Assembly (NCBI GenBank): GCA_017559825.1 | Contig: JAFYQR010000093.1 | Span: forward strand, 1,099-65,098 | Direction: 5' to 3' | DNA: 64,000 nt | From: Thermoguttaceae bacterium | GTDB taxonomy: Bacteria; Planctomycetota; Planctomycetia; Pirellulales; Thermoguttaceae | Shown here: piece by piece, positions 18,787 to 28,229 of the stretch | Layout of the letters: each line of letters begins with the position of its first letter | Position numbering within the stretch: the first letter of the stretch is position 1 | The notes under the pieces: generated by a model | Database searches by the model: none | What the model was told of the DNA's origin: nothing | Seen by the model: the letters and a program-made list of their open reading frames with translations, nothing else | Made by a program: the position numbers and the translations under genes

Positions 18787-19890
18787 TTGAAAATGGAGAA
18801 AATGAAGAAAATGAATCGCGTTGCGCTTTATCGCGGTTTTACGTTGGTCGAGCTGTTGGTCGTGATTGCGATTATCGGGATTCTGATCGGACTTCTCCTT
18901 CCGGCGGTGCAGGCGGCGCGCGAGGCGGCTCGGCGAATGCAGTGTATGAACAACCAAAAGCAATGGGGCGTCGCGCTGCAAAATTACCATTCGGTTTTCG
19001 ACAAGTTGCCGAGCTTGACCGAACGCGCAAACTCTTGCGTGTCGCCGCATACGCATTTGGCGCCTTACGTCGAACAAACGAACTTGCGTTATATGGTCGA
19101 TTTAAGCGTCGATTTGTATAAATATCGCGCCGGTTCGAGCCGAAGCGTCCAGCTGAACGACGTTTACGTCGTCCCGGCGCGGACGGCGTTTCAGGGAACG
19201 CGCTGTCCGAGCGACGGCGGCGGCCCGGCGACGGTAACCGACGATATTGGCGACGTTTACGCGACGAACAATTACGTTTACTGCGTCGGAAGCGGAACCG
19301 GGAACACGTTCCGAATGAACAGTTCGCTCTCGACCGGGGCCGAGTCGGAACGCGCCGGCGGACGGTCTGACGGGGCGTTTTATTTCGCGTCAAACCTTGG
19401 TTTTGAAGCGTTTACGGACGGGACGAGCAACACGACGATTATGTCCGAGTATCTCGTCGGCGCCGGAACGAAGGATTTGACCGACGTTCCGTTGACGCAA
19501 ATTCGCGCAAATCCTTTAACTCGCGGCGTTTATATGGCCGACTTTTCCCCGGCGAACGCGTCGAAATACGCGCGAATGCGGGACGCTTCGGACGAACAAC
19601 TGGAAGCGTTGCTTGCCGAAACGCCGAAGTGGCGAACCGACGTCGGCAAGGGGTGGATCGTCGGAAAGTACGATTCGACGCTTTTTAACGCGTTTTTGGC
19701 GCCGAACTCGCGTTTCCCCAACATTTACGCGTCGAATTACGGCTTTTTTGCCGCGCGGAGCGCTCACCCTGGCGGCGTGATCGCGCTAAACGCCGACGGA
19801 AGCGCGGCTTTTGTCGCCGACGTCGTCGATTTGAACGTTTGGCGCGCCGCCGCGACCATCGCCGGAAACGAAACGGAAACGTTGCGCTAA
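18787..19890 (+). CDS. DUF1559 protein with prepilin-type N-terminal cleavage/methylation domain
   Basis: ...[45 protein letters not shown] is the classic planctomycetal DUF1559 N-terminus, and the C-terminal [18 protein letters not shown] matches too. The start is ambiguous (TTG 18787 or ATG 18793/18802/18811). Confidence 0.9.
   Translation: MKMEKMKKMNRVALYRGFTLVELLVVIAIIGILIGLLLPAVQAAREAARRMQCMNNQKQWGVALQNYHSVFDKLPSLTERANSCVSPHTHLAPYVEQTNLRYMVDLSVDLYKYRAGSSRSVQLNDVYVVPARTAFQGTRCPSDGGGPATVTDDIGDVYATNNYVYCVGSGTGNTFRMNSSLSTGAESERAGGRSDGAFYFASNLGFEAFTDGTSNTTIMSEYLVGAGTKDLTDVPLTQIRANPLTRGVYMADFSPANASKYARMRDASDEQLEALLAETPKWRTDVGKGWIVGKYDSTLFNAFLAPNSRFPNIYASNYGFFAARSAHPGGVIALNADGSAAFVADVVDLNVWRAAATIAGNETETLR
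18789..18815 (+). repeat. 3 x 9-nt tandem repeat (gaaaatgRa), each copy carrying an in-frame ATG
   Basis: gaaaatgga gaaaatgaa gaaaatgaa, read directly from the sequence at the 5' end of the DUF1559 gene. Confidence 0.9.
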
Positions 19891-19993
19891 AAAGACTTAC
19901 GGCGCGTCGTTAAGTCGCGTCGAAAATAACGAGGAAAAAGAAAAAACGCGTTGGACGCTTAAAGGTTAACGCGTTGTAAAATAAGGAAATAGA

Positions 19994-20686
19994 ATGACCG
20001 CCGCGCTGACGCAAATTTTTTATACCATCTCCGCCGCGCTCCTGATTCCGACCGAATTGGGACTCCTCGCCGCGCTTTTCGCCGCCTGCTGGCTCGTCGG
20101 AACGACGCTGCGTCAAGGTTGGGCGCGACGTTCGGAACTCTTGAAACGGCGAGAGTTGGAAACGCTTTGGACAAGCGATAACGCCGCCGACGCGCAAGAA
20201 GCGCAAACGCGTCTTCAAACGACGGGCGCTTCTCAAAAGGCGGGGACGCTCGCGACGCTCGCCGCCCTCGCCGAAAAAATTGACGACGAAGCGTTTGTCG
20301 AGAAGACGGTCGCGGAGTTGCAAAACGCGATGAAAGAGCGTTGCGAACGGGCCGACCGTCTCGTTAAAACGGGGCCGGCGCTGGGGTTAATGGGGACGTT
20401 GATTCCGCTGGGCCCGGCGCTCCTCGGCCTCGCGCAGGGCGATTTGGAGACGTTGGCGACGAACCTTGTCGTCGCGTTTTCGACGACGGTCGTCGGGCTA
20501 ACCGTCGCGCTGATAAGCTCTTTCGTCTTGACGACGCAAAAACGCCGTTTTCGACGCGACGTCGTCTTCCTGAATTTCGCGCTCGACCGTTTGAGCGAAA
20601 CGGCGAAGAGCGCGAAAAAAAACGCCGAGACGGAACGCGCTGAAAATAAAAGCGTTGCGAACGAAGAAAACGGAGGCGAGCGATGA
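19994..20686 (+). CDS. MotA/TolQ/ExbB proton-channel family protein
   Basis: AAGGAA SD. N-terminal TM segments (ISAALLIPTELGLLAALFAACWLV) and the family core GPALGLMGTLIPLGPALLGL...LVVAFSTTVVGLTVALISSFVL. Confidence 0.85.
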   Translation: MTAALTQIFYTISAALLIPTELGLLAALFAACWLVGTTLRQGWARRSELLKRRELETLWTSDNAADAQEAQTRLQTTGASQKAGTLATLAALAEKIDDEAFVEKTVAELQNAMKERCERADRLVKTGPALGLMGTLIPLGPALLGLAQGDLETLATNLVVAFSTTVVGLTVALISSFVLTTQKRRFRRDVVFLNFALDRLSETAKSAKKNAETERAENKSVANEENGGER

Positions 20687-21072
20687 GAAAGCGCGGGCGT
20701 TTTTGTTCCGGAGCGTTCGACGCGCCGTCGGAGTCGCTCCTCGCGGGAGTCGAAAATTTATTCGACGTCGCCATTGTCTTCGCCGTCGCGCTGATCGTCG
20801 CGTTGGCGACGTATTGGAAGTCGCCGCTTCTTTTTGAAAACGAAGACTTTACGGCGGTGGTAAATCCCGGAAAACCGGATATGGAGCTGGTCGTGAAGGA
20901 GGGACGCGAACTTAAGCGATACAAAGCGAGCGGCGAAAACGGGAGCGGCGAGGGCGAACTGCTCGGGCGCGCTTACCGCCTGCCGGACGGCCAAGTCGTT
21001 TACGTGCCGACGGACAAAGAAAAGCGATATGATGTAGAAAACGCGGCGGCGAGCGAAGGAGAAAGCGAATGA
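20683..21072 (+). CDS. small single-pass membrane protein, DUF2149-like
   Basis: The ATG overlaps the upstream stop (ATGA at 20683-20686). LLAGVENLFDVAIVFAVALIVALA followed by a about 80-aa soluble part. This matches my memory of DUF2149 proteins that accompany MotA/ExbB-like and CobN-like genes. The assignment needs an HMM check. Confidence 0.65.
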   Translation: MRKRGRFCSGAFDAPSESLLAGVENLFDVAIVFAVALIVALATYWKSPLLFENEDFTAVVNPGKPDMELVVKEGRELKRYKASGENGSGEGELLGRAYRLPDGQVVYVPTDKEKRYDVENAAASEGESE

Positions 21073-24000
21073 ACGGCGTTTTTAATCTGCTGAAACGTCG
21101 AGTTTTAAAGACGGCGGTCGACGGCGTCGCGAGACGCGTCGCGACCGTCGTTTTTTTGACACTTTGCGCGATGTTTTTTATGTCATGTCGTCAAAGCGGC
21201 GATATGCCGCAAACGGATGAAACGTCGTTGGTTGCGACGGAGGATAACGCCGTCGACGAAGAGAAAACGCGCCAAACGTTTAAAGTCGCGTTCGTCGGTT
21301 GGAGCGACGCCGATTTCGCGCGTTGGCGCTCGACGACCGTCGGGACGAACTTTGAAGCGGAAATCGTTAAGCGCGAAGCGTTTGCGTCGACCGACTTTTC
21401 GGATCGCGACGTCGTTTTGATTCGCGCGATCGGTTGGACGCCGAGCGACGCGGAGCGGAAAAAACTTGCCGAAGTTTCCGCGCAAAACGTTGCGACGCTT
21501 GCGTTTCCAGCGACGCTCGACGCGTCGCGCGAGGCGACGAACGTTTCGCCGAAATTGGCGGCGGCGTTTTACAAGTATTTAACGTTCCCTTGCGAAGAAA
21601 ACGTTTGTTCCGGCGCGGCGTTTTTAATGAAAAATTTCGGCGGTTCGAAGGGCGAGAAAATCGTTTATTGGGAAGACGTTGCGGAAGACGCGAAGAAAGA
21701 AAAAACAACCGACGGCGCCGCGTCGCGTCCGGCGTTTGACGTCGCGCCGCCGAAGGAAGCGCCGCCGTTCGGGTATTTTTATTGGGGGCCGCGAATCGAC
21801 GAGACGCTTGAAGCGTTTCAAGCGCGACGCGACGCCGACGGTCGGAACTTGCCGCCTAACGCGCCTAAAATCGCGCTTTTCGGCGATTTTCTCGAACCGT
21901 TCAAAGCGGAAGAGCGCGAACCGCAAGACGAATTGATCGCGAAGTTGGAAGCGCGCGGGTTCGACGTTTACCCGATTCACAACTTAAAAAACAACAAAGA
22001 TTTGTTACTCGATGTCAAGCCGGATTTGGCGATCTATTTTCCGCGCGGTCGAGCGCTCCCGAACGGCGCGGCGGTCGAGGTCTTTAAGTCGTTGAATTGC
22101 CCTATTTTGTCGGCGGTTTGTCTCTCCGTTTCGGAAGCGGAATACCGTTCGCAACCGGTCGGCGCGACCGGCTCGTACTACGCGTTGACGACGGCGCTTC
22201 CGGAACTCGACGGCGTTGTCGAACCGACCGCGATCGCGACGAAAGACGCCGACGAAAACGGATTCGTCGCGCGCCGAGCGCTTTCCGAGCGAATCGACGC
22301 GCTCGTCGAACGTTGCGCCGGTTGGATCGAGTTGCGACGCAAGTCGAACGCGGAGAAGCGGTTGGCGATTTTCTTTTACAAAGCGCCGGGGGGGAGCGCG
22401 TTGACGGCGCAGAGTCTCGAAGTCGTTCCGTCCCTTTACAATACGTTGACGCGGCTTCGCGACGAAGGGTTCGATTTGGGCGCGGATTTCCCGCAAACAA
22501 TTGAAGAATTTCGGGTTAGAATCGAACGCGAAGGGCGGACGGTCGGGCAATGGAATCTCGGCGATTTTGAAAAATTTGTCGAGGAAGCGCGACCGGAGTT
22601 CGTTCCGGAAAATGTTTATAAGAAGTGGTTTAACGATAATTTGACGGAAGACGTTCGACGGCGCGTCGTCGAAGTTTGGGGGGCGGCGCCCGGCGACTAT
22701 ATGACGCGCGACGTCGGGGACGAGTTCGGCGTTTTGGTTCCGCGTCTGCAATTCGGCAACGTCGCGCTGATTCCGCAACCGTCGACCGACGTTTTGGAAG
22801 ACGCTCCTTACTCCAAGAACGACAACGACTTCGACGCGGTTCACGGAACCGATAAGGCGCCGCCGCATTTCTATTGGGCGGCTTATTTTTGGGCGCTACA
22901 TGGTTTCGCGTCGGACGCGCTCGTTCATTTTGGAACGCACGGTTCGCTCGAGTTTACTCCCGGGAAATCGGCGTTTACGACCGAAAATTGCTTTCCGGAC
23001 GCGCTGATCGGCGACAAACCGCACCTTTATTTGTACAGTATTAACAACATCGGCGAAGCGTTCCTCGCGAAGCGGCGGGCGCGGGCGACGATTATTTCGC
23101 ACCTCACGCCGCCCTTTACGCAAAGCGAGTTATACGGCGATTTAAAGACGGTCGACGCTAAGTTACACGAGTATTTGGAAACGACCGATTCCGCGCTCAA
23201 AAGCGAAACGGCGTCGGCGCTCGTCGCGGCGGTTTTGCGGTCGAATCTGCTCGACGATTTGCTCGACGAACCGGCGTTTCGAGCGTTTGTCGACGCGGAG
23301 TTCCGGGCGGAGTTCGAACGCTCCGAACGCATTTTCGACGACGCGCAAATCGAGACGTTGCAAAAGGTTCTGCATCGTTACGAGGACGCGAGCGTTACGG
23401 AAGGATTACACGTTGTCGGCCGCCCTTGGTCGGACGAACAGGTCGCGCAAACGGCGGCGCAAACGACGCTTGCGAAAGACGACGCCGAGAAACGGTTGCG
23501 CGATTCGTTCGACGCGGAACTTAACCGATTTGTCGACGGACTTTGCGGGAGCTTCATTCCGCCGTCGACGGGGGGCGATTTCCTCGTCAATCCGGACGCC
23601 GCGCCGACCGGGCGCAACTTGGCCGGGCTCGACGTTCAAAAGTTGCCGACGCCGGAAGCGGAGCGGTTGGCCGCGAAGTTGACCGACGAAATTCTCGAAA
23701 ATCATCGCGCGGCGAACGGCGGCGCTTGGCCTCGTCGCGTCGCCTGCGTCCTTTGGGGGGGCGAGTCGATTCGAACGCGGGGACTCGGGGTCGCGCAAGT
23801 CTTTTATTTGCTTGGCGTTCGGGTAAAATACGATTCGCGCGGGAACGCTTCGGAACTCGAATTGATTCCGTCGAGCGAACTCGGACGACCGCGAATCGAC
23901 GTTCTCGTTCAAACGTCCGGGCAGTTCCGCGACGCGTTTGGGGCGAAGATCGAGGCGATCGACCGCGCCGTTCGGTTGGCGGCGCAGGCGGAAGACGACG

Positions 24001-25136
24001 CGTTTCCGAATTTCGTCCGGGAAAACGTCGCGAAAATCGCCGAGCGGCTCGTTCGAGAAAACGGAACGCAACCCAATGAAGCGGCGGAACTTGCGACGGC
24101 GCGCGTCTTCGGTTCGACGAACGCGCTCTCCTACGGAACCGGGATTATGCGGCTCGTCGAAAGGGGCGACCTTTGGAACGACGAAACGGAAGTCGCCGAG
24201 CGGTATCTCGCGAATATGTCCGGAGTCTATCGCGACGCAAGTCGTTGGGGAACGCCGGTTAAGGGACTGCTCGAATACAATCTCGACGGAACGGAACTGA
24301 TGCTGCAGTCGCGGTCGTCCAACGTTTGGGGGCCGGCGAAACTCGACCACGTTTACGAATTTGCGACGCTTGCGACGGCGGTTCGCACGAAAACCGGACG
24401 CGACCCGCAAATTTGGTTCGACGATTTACGGTCGCCGACCAATCCGCGCGTCGAAACGGCGAGGTCGGCGCTCCGCGAAGAGTTGCGAACGACGCTTTGG
24501 AACCCTAAATATTTGAAGGGGTTGCAGCGCGAAGGCGCGAGCGCGGCGGCGTCGACCGCGAAGACCGTTCGCAACCTTTACGGCTGGAACGTCGCGCAAC
24601 CGAAGACGATCGACGCGTCCGTTTGGGAGGAAACGACCGCCGTTTTCGTCGACGACGCCTGCGGCCTCGGGATTCGCGAATGGTTCGAAACGCAAAACCC
24701 CGCCGCGCTTCAAGATATGACCGCCGTTATGCTCGAAACCGTTCGCAAAGGATATTGGGACGCCGCGCCGGAAACGGTCGAGAAAATCGCGAAACTGCAC
24801 GCCGAGCTGGTCGCAAAACACGGCGCTTCCGGGAGTTACGAAACGACCGGGAATAAAAAGCTGATCGAGTTTATCGGGACGCTTCCGCTCGGCGAAGCGG
24901 GGGACGCCTACCGCGCCGAGATCGAACGGGCGACGACGCCTTCGCAAGCGCAGCAAGTTCGAGGGTTGGCGTTGAAGGAAATAACGGAGAACGCCGAAAA
25001 AACGCCGGAAAGCGACGCGACGTCGACGGACGCGACGGCGGAACGTCGACGAGCGATTCTCGTTTTCGCGGTTTTGTTCGGAATCGTCGCGCTCGGATTC
25101 GGCGTCGGCGAACGCGCTTCTTTTCCGCTCCGCTAG
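21069..25136 (+). CDS. CobN/Mg-chelatase family protein (HmuS-like), hydrophobic anchors at both termini
   Basis: The ATG overlaps the upstream stop (ATGA at 21069-21072). 1,355 aa. CobN-family motif HFGTHGSLEFTPGK plus long collinear similarity by eye to CobN/ChlH. N-terminal VVFLTLCAMFFMSC (signal or lipobox-like) and C-terminal AILVFAVLFGIVALGFGVG. Confidence 0.88.
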   Translation: MNGVFNLLKRRVLKTAVDGVARRVATVVFLTLCAMFFMSCRQSGDMPQTDETSLVATEDNAVDEEKTRQTFKVAFVGWSDADFARWRSTTVGTNFEAEIVKREAFASTDFSDRDVVLIRAIGWTPSDAERKKLAEVSAQNVATLAFPATLDASREATNVSPKLAAAFYKYLTFPCEENVCSGAAFLMKNFGGSKGEKIVYWEDVAEDAKKEKTTDGAASRPAFDVAPPKEAPPFGYFYWGPRIDETLEAFQARRDADGRNLPPNAPKIALFGDFLEPFKAEEREPQDELIAKLEARGFDVYPIHNLKNNKDLLLDVKPDLAIYFPRGRALPNGAAVEVFKSLNCPILSAVCLSVSEAEYRSQPVGATGSYYALTTALPELDGVVEPTAIATKDADENGFVARRALSERIDALVERCAGWIELRRKSNAEKRLAIFFYKAPGGSALTAQSLEVVPSLYNTLTRLRDEGFDLGADFPQTIEEFRVRIEREGRTVGQWNLGDFEKFVEEARPEFVPENVYKKWFNDNLTEDVRRRVVEVWGAAPGDYMTRDVGDEFGVLVPRLQFGNVALIPQPSTDVLEDAPYSKNDNDFDAVHGTDKAPPHFYWAAYFWALHGFASDALVHFGTHGSLEFTPGKSAFTTENCFPDALIGDKPHLYLYSINNIGEAFLAKRRARATIISHLTPPFTQSELYGDLKTVDAKLHEYLETTDSALKSETASALVAAVLRSNLLDDLLDEPAFRAFVDAEFRAEFERSERIFDDAQIETLQKVLHRYEDASVTEGLHVVGRPWSDEQVAQTAAQTTLAKDDAEKRLRDSFDAELNRFVDGLCGSFIPPSTGGDFLVNPDAAPTGRNLAGLDVQKLPTPEAERLAAKLTDEILENHRAANGGAWPRRVACVLWGGESIRTRGLGVAQVFYLLGVRVKYDSRGNASELELIPSSELGRPRIDVLVQTSGQFRDAFGAKIEAIDRAVRLAAQAEDDAFPNFVRENVAKIAERLVRENGTQPNEAAELATARVFGSTNALSYGTGIMRLVERGDLWNDETEVAERYLANMSGVYRDASRWGTPVKGLLEYNLDGTELMLQSRSSNVWGPAKLDHVYEFATLATAVRTKTGRDPQIWFDDLRSPTNPRVETARSALREELRTTLWNPKYLKGLQREGASAAASTAKTVRNLYGWNVAQPKTIDASVWEETTAVFVDDACGLGIREWFETQNPAALQDMTAVMLETVRKGYWDAAPETVEKIAKLHAELVAKHGASGSYETTGNKKLIEFIGTLPLGEAGDAYRAEIERATTPSQAQQVRGLALKEITENAEKTPESDATSTDATAERRRAILVFAVLFGIVALGFGVGERASFPLR

Positions 25137-25335
25137 CCAAACGGGAAATTTCGGGTATAATATCGAAAAGCGGACGTTTCGCCGCGAACCGTCGGGAGAC
25201 GGCGGAAGCGAAGCGGAGGGAAACGCGTCCGGCGCCGACGTTGAAAAACGTCGAGGTTAATATAAAGGAAAGAACGGCCCCGCCGCCCGCGCGACGGGAG
25301 ACGCTCGACGCAACAAAGAAAGTCGAGGCGAAAAT

Positions 25336-26595
25336 ATGACCGAAACGGCCCAAACCGACAAAAAGTTTATTTATCTTGACAACAACGCGACGACCGCCGT
25401 CGCGCCGGAAGTTCTCGACGCGATGCGCCCCTACTTCGAAACGGAGTATTGGAACCCCAGCTCGATGTACGCCCCGGCCGAAGCGTTGGCGCGCAAACTC
25501 GACGAAGCGCGAGCGACCGTCGCTCGACGGCTCGGCGCGGCGTATCCGGACGAAATTATTTTCACCTCCTGCGCTTCCGAAAGCAACAACGCGGCGATCG
25601 TCGGCGCTTGGAAGGCGGCGCGTCGCGTCGACCCGAAACGCAACCGCGTTGTCACGACGAAAGTCGAGCATCCGGCCGTTTTAGAGGTTTGCCGTCAACT
25701 CGAGCGCGAAGGAGCGGAAGTCGATTATATCGGCGTCGACGCGCAAGGGCGAATCGATTTGCGCGAGTACGTCCGAGCGTTGCGACCCGGCGAAACGGCG
25801 GTCGTCTCGATCATGCACGCGAACAACGAGACCGGCGTTATTTTCCCGATCGAGAAACTGGCGCGGCTGGCGAAGCAAACCGACGAAAAAATTGTCTTCC
25901 ACTGCGACGCGACGCAAAGCGTTACGAAACTGCCGATCAATTTGAGTCGAACGGCGACCTCCGACGAACCGAACGGCGCGTTCGCAAACGTCGACATGCT
26001 GTCGTTTAGCGGACACAAAATTCACGCTCCGAAGGGAATCGGCGCGCTTTACGTCCGCCGCGGAACGCCGGTCGAGCGGTTCCTGATCGGCGGGCACCAA
26101 GAACGAGGGCGGCGCGCCGGGACGGAAAACGTTCCCTATATTATCGGGCTTGCCAAAGCGCTCGACCTCGAAGCGGAAGACCGCGAAGCGACCGCGGCTC
26201 GTATGGAAAGGATGCGCGACCGTTTGCAGGCGGAAATCGAAGCGCGGATTCCTTGGGTCGTCGTCAACGGCAAGGACGCGCCGCGCACGCCGAACACGTT
26301 AAACGTCGCGGTTTACGGCGCGGAGGGCGAAGCGATTTTGATGCTGATGTCCGAAGCCGGCGTCTGCGTTTCGAGCGGGTCGGCCTGCACGTCGGGTTCG
26401 CTCGAACCGTCGCACGTCCTCTCGGCGATGAAGGTTCCGGAAGGCGCGCTCCAGGGGAACTTCCGGTTCAGCCTCAGCCGTTACACGACCGACGCGGAAA
26501 TCGACGCCGCGCTCGAAGCGTTCGTCGACGTCGTCGCGAAAGTGCGGGCGACCTCGTCGAAATGGGACAACGTCAAGGGCGAGCCTATCGCTTGA
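25336..26595 (+). CDS. cysteine desulfurase (IscS/NifS group, class V aminotransferase)
   Basis: YLDNNATTAVAPEVLDAM, FTSCASESNN, PLP-lysine motif SFSGHKIHAPKGIGALYVRRG and active-site loop SSGSACTSGSLEPSHVL. Near-collinear with E. coli IscS as I remember it. Confidence 0.92.
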   Translation: MTETAQTDKKFIYLDNNATTAVAPEVLDAMRPYFETEYWNPSSMYAPAEALARKLDEARATVARRLGAAYPDEIIFTSCASESNNAAIVGAWKAARRVDPKRNRVVTTKVEHPAVLEVCRQLEREGAEVDYIGVDAQGRIDLREYVRALRPGETAVVSIMHANNETGVIFPIEKLARLAKQTDEKIVFHCDATQSVTKLPINLSRTATSDEPNGAFANVDMLSFSGHKIHAPKGIGALYVRRGTPVERFLIGGHQERGRRAGTENVPYIIGLAKALDLEAEDREATAARMERMRDRLQAEIEARIPWVVVNGKDAPRTPNTLNVAVYGAEGEAILMLMSEAGVCVSSGSACTSGSLEPSHVLSAMKVPEGALQGNFRFSLSRYTTDAEIDAALEAFVDVVAKVRATSSKWDNVKGEPIA

Positions 26596-26640
26596 TTTTT
26601 AAAGCGAAAACGGTTGCGCGTCGAGGTTTTTTGACGTAAA

Positions 26641-26684
26641 AAACGCGTTCGAAGCGGAAGACTTCGAGCGCGTTTTCTTTTTTT
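26641..26684. terminator. bidirectional rho-independent terminator (cysteine desulfurase / pyrH convergent)
   Basis: 14-bp stem aaacgcgttcgaag / cttcgagcgcgttt (one G-U pair), 7-nt loop, T-run to 26684 and an A-run upstream. Confidence 0.75.
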
Positions 26685-26763
26685 GCGGCGAATTTAGGAG
26701 GAACGCGCGATTTAGGCAAGCGCGTTCCCCGTTTCGACGTTTGTTTTTAAGGCGCGGCGGCGA

Positions 26764-27516
26764 CTATTTTTGCGCGGCGCGGACGATCGTGCCGACGTGT
26801 TCGCCTTGGACGGCTTTCTTGAAGTTGTCCGGTTCGCGGAAGTTGAAGACCATAATCGGCATATTGTGTTCGGCGCACTTCGCGAACGCTTCGGAGTCCA
26901 TCACGCGGAGGTTTTGACGGATCGCGTCTTCGTAAGTCAGCTCCGAATAGAACGTTGCGTTCGGGTTCTTTTTCGGGTCTTCGCTGTAAATGCCGTCGAC
27001 TTTCGTCGCTTTGAGGATGACGTCGGCTTCGAGTTCGAGCGCGCGTTGAGCGGCGGCGGTGTCGGTCGTAACGAACGGGCTGCCGGTGCCGCCGGCCAAG
27101 ATGACGACGCGCCCCTTTTCGAGGTGGCGCTGCGCGCGGCGGCGAATGTACGGTTCGGCGACGACGTCCATCGGGAGCGCCGTCATCAGGCGAGTCGGTT
27201 GGCCCTGCGCTTCGATCGCGTCTTGGAGCGCGAGACCGTTGATGACCGTCGCGAGCATGCCCATATAGTGCGCCGTCGCTTCTTGAATCGACGAGTTCGC
27301 CGCTTTGAACTGCGCGCCGCGAAGAATGTTGCCGCCGCCCATCACGACCGCGATTTGCACGCCGCTTTGCGCGACGTCGACGATTTGCGCCGCCAAGTGG
27401 TTGACCGAATCCATCGAGACGCCGCGGTCGTTTTCCGGACAAAAACTTTCGCCGGAAATTTTCAACAAAACGCGGCGCGGACGGGAAAGAGAAGCGGAAG
27501 AAGCGTTCGAAGTCAT
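26764..27516 (-). CDS. pyrH: UMP kinase
   Basis: [69 protein letters not shown]. Confidence 0.93.
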   Translation of the reverse strand: MTSNASSASLSRPRRVLLKISGESFCPENDRGVSMDSVNHLAAQIVDVAQSGVQIAVVMGGGNILRGAQFKAANSSIQEATAHYMGMLATVINGLALQDAIEAQGQPTRLMTALPMDVVAEPYIRRRAQRHLEKGRVVILAGGTGSPFVTTDTAAAQRALELEADVILKATKVDGIYSEDPKKNPNATFYSELTYEDAIRQNLRVMDSEAFAKCAEHNMPIMVFNFREPDNFKKAVQGEHVGTIVRAAQK

Positions 27517-27751
27517 GTTGCGAGTCCTTGAAGCGCGTTCGCTTCGACGCTTAAAAAGCGAGGCGTTCGAGCTCGCGAAAAGAACGAGCGCTCGCGTTTA
27601 AAGGCCGAGTTGGAAACGCGTTAAAAAAGCGTCAATGTGGAAAAACGTCGCGTCGAGCGTCGACTCGGAGGAGAGCGCGGACGAACGGCGCTTCGGCGTC
27701 AAATTAGCTCTATTTTGCGGAAATTTTGAGCGGCGTCAAGCGGGGGCGGCG

Positions 27752-27790
27752 TAAAAAAACCTCGCGTCGCCGAACGAATTGACGCGAGGT
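27752..27790 (-). terminator. rho-independent terminator after hup
   Basis: acctcgcgtc (27759-27768) pairs with gacgcgaggt (27781-27790). On the minus strand the hairpin is followed by ttttttt (plus-strand A-run 27753-27759). Confidence 0.7.
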
Positions 27791-27842
27791 TAAGGAACGG
27801 CGAAGCGCTCGTCGGCAAAGGACGAAAACGCCGCGCTTGAAC

Positions 27843-28229
27843 TCAAACCATGTCTTTCAACGCTTTGAGCGCCTTCACTTTGACCTTCCAGTGCGCCGGT
27901 TTGGCCGGACGGTTCGTGGTTTGGCCCGGATGGAACGGATCCGGAACGTTCTCTTTGCCCGGTTTTTCCGGAACCCATTGCTTTTCGATTTTGACGAGCC
28001 CCGGAAGCGTGAAGCTGCCGGCGTCCGCGAGGCTCGTTTGGATCAGCGCGCCGAGGTTGTCGACGACGGCGGCGACGTCTTTTTTGCTCAAACCGACGTT
28101 TTCGGCGAGTTGCGCGACGATTTGCGTTTTGGTCAACGGCTTCGCTTTTTCTTCGGTTTGGGGTTCGACTTGTTGGGCGGCTTTCTTAGCGCAAGTTTTT
28201 TTCGCGCAGGGTTTCTTTTCTTTCGCCAT
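27843..28229 (-). CDS. hup: HU/IHF-family DNA-binding protein with Lys-rich N-terminal extension
   Basis: TKTQIVAQLAENVGLSKKDVAAVVDNLGALIQTSL...GSFTLPGLVKIEK...KVKVKALKALKDMV fits the HU fold. It is preceded by MAKEKKPCAKKTCAKKAAQQVEPQTEEKAKP. Confidence 0.85.
   Translation of the reverse strand: MAKEKKPCAKKTCAKKAAQQVEPQTEEKAKPLTKTQIVAQLAENVGLSKKDVAAVVDNLGALIQTSLADAGSFTLPGLVKIEKQWVPEKPGKENVPDPFHPGQTTNRPAKPAHWKVKVKALKALKDMV

Noticed and set aside
18489-19993. Cobalamin or other riboswitch upstream of the DUF1559 / CobN-like cluster
   Set aside because: I looked for a B12-box-like element and found none by eye. This is a weak negative, and a covariance-model scan would be decisive.
26764-27516. 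pyrH lacks the usual tsf upstream and frr downstream neighbours
   Set aside because: This is true in the window (hup lies upstream and a convergent cysteine desulfurase gene downstream). Loss of this synteny is common outside Proteobacteria and Firmicutes, and I cannot argue that it is significant.
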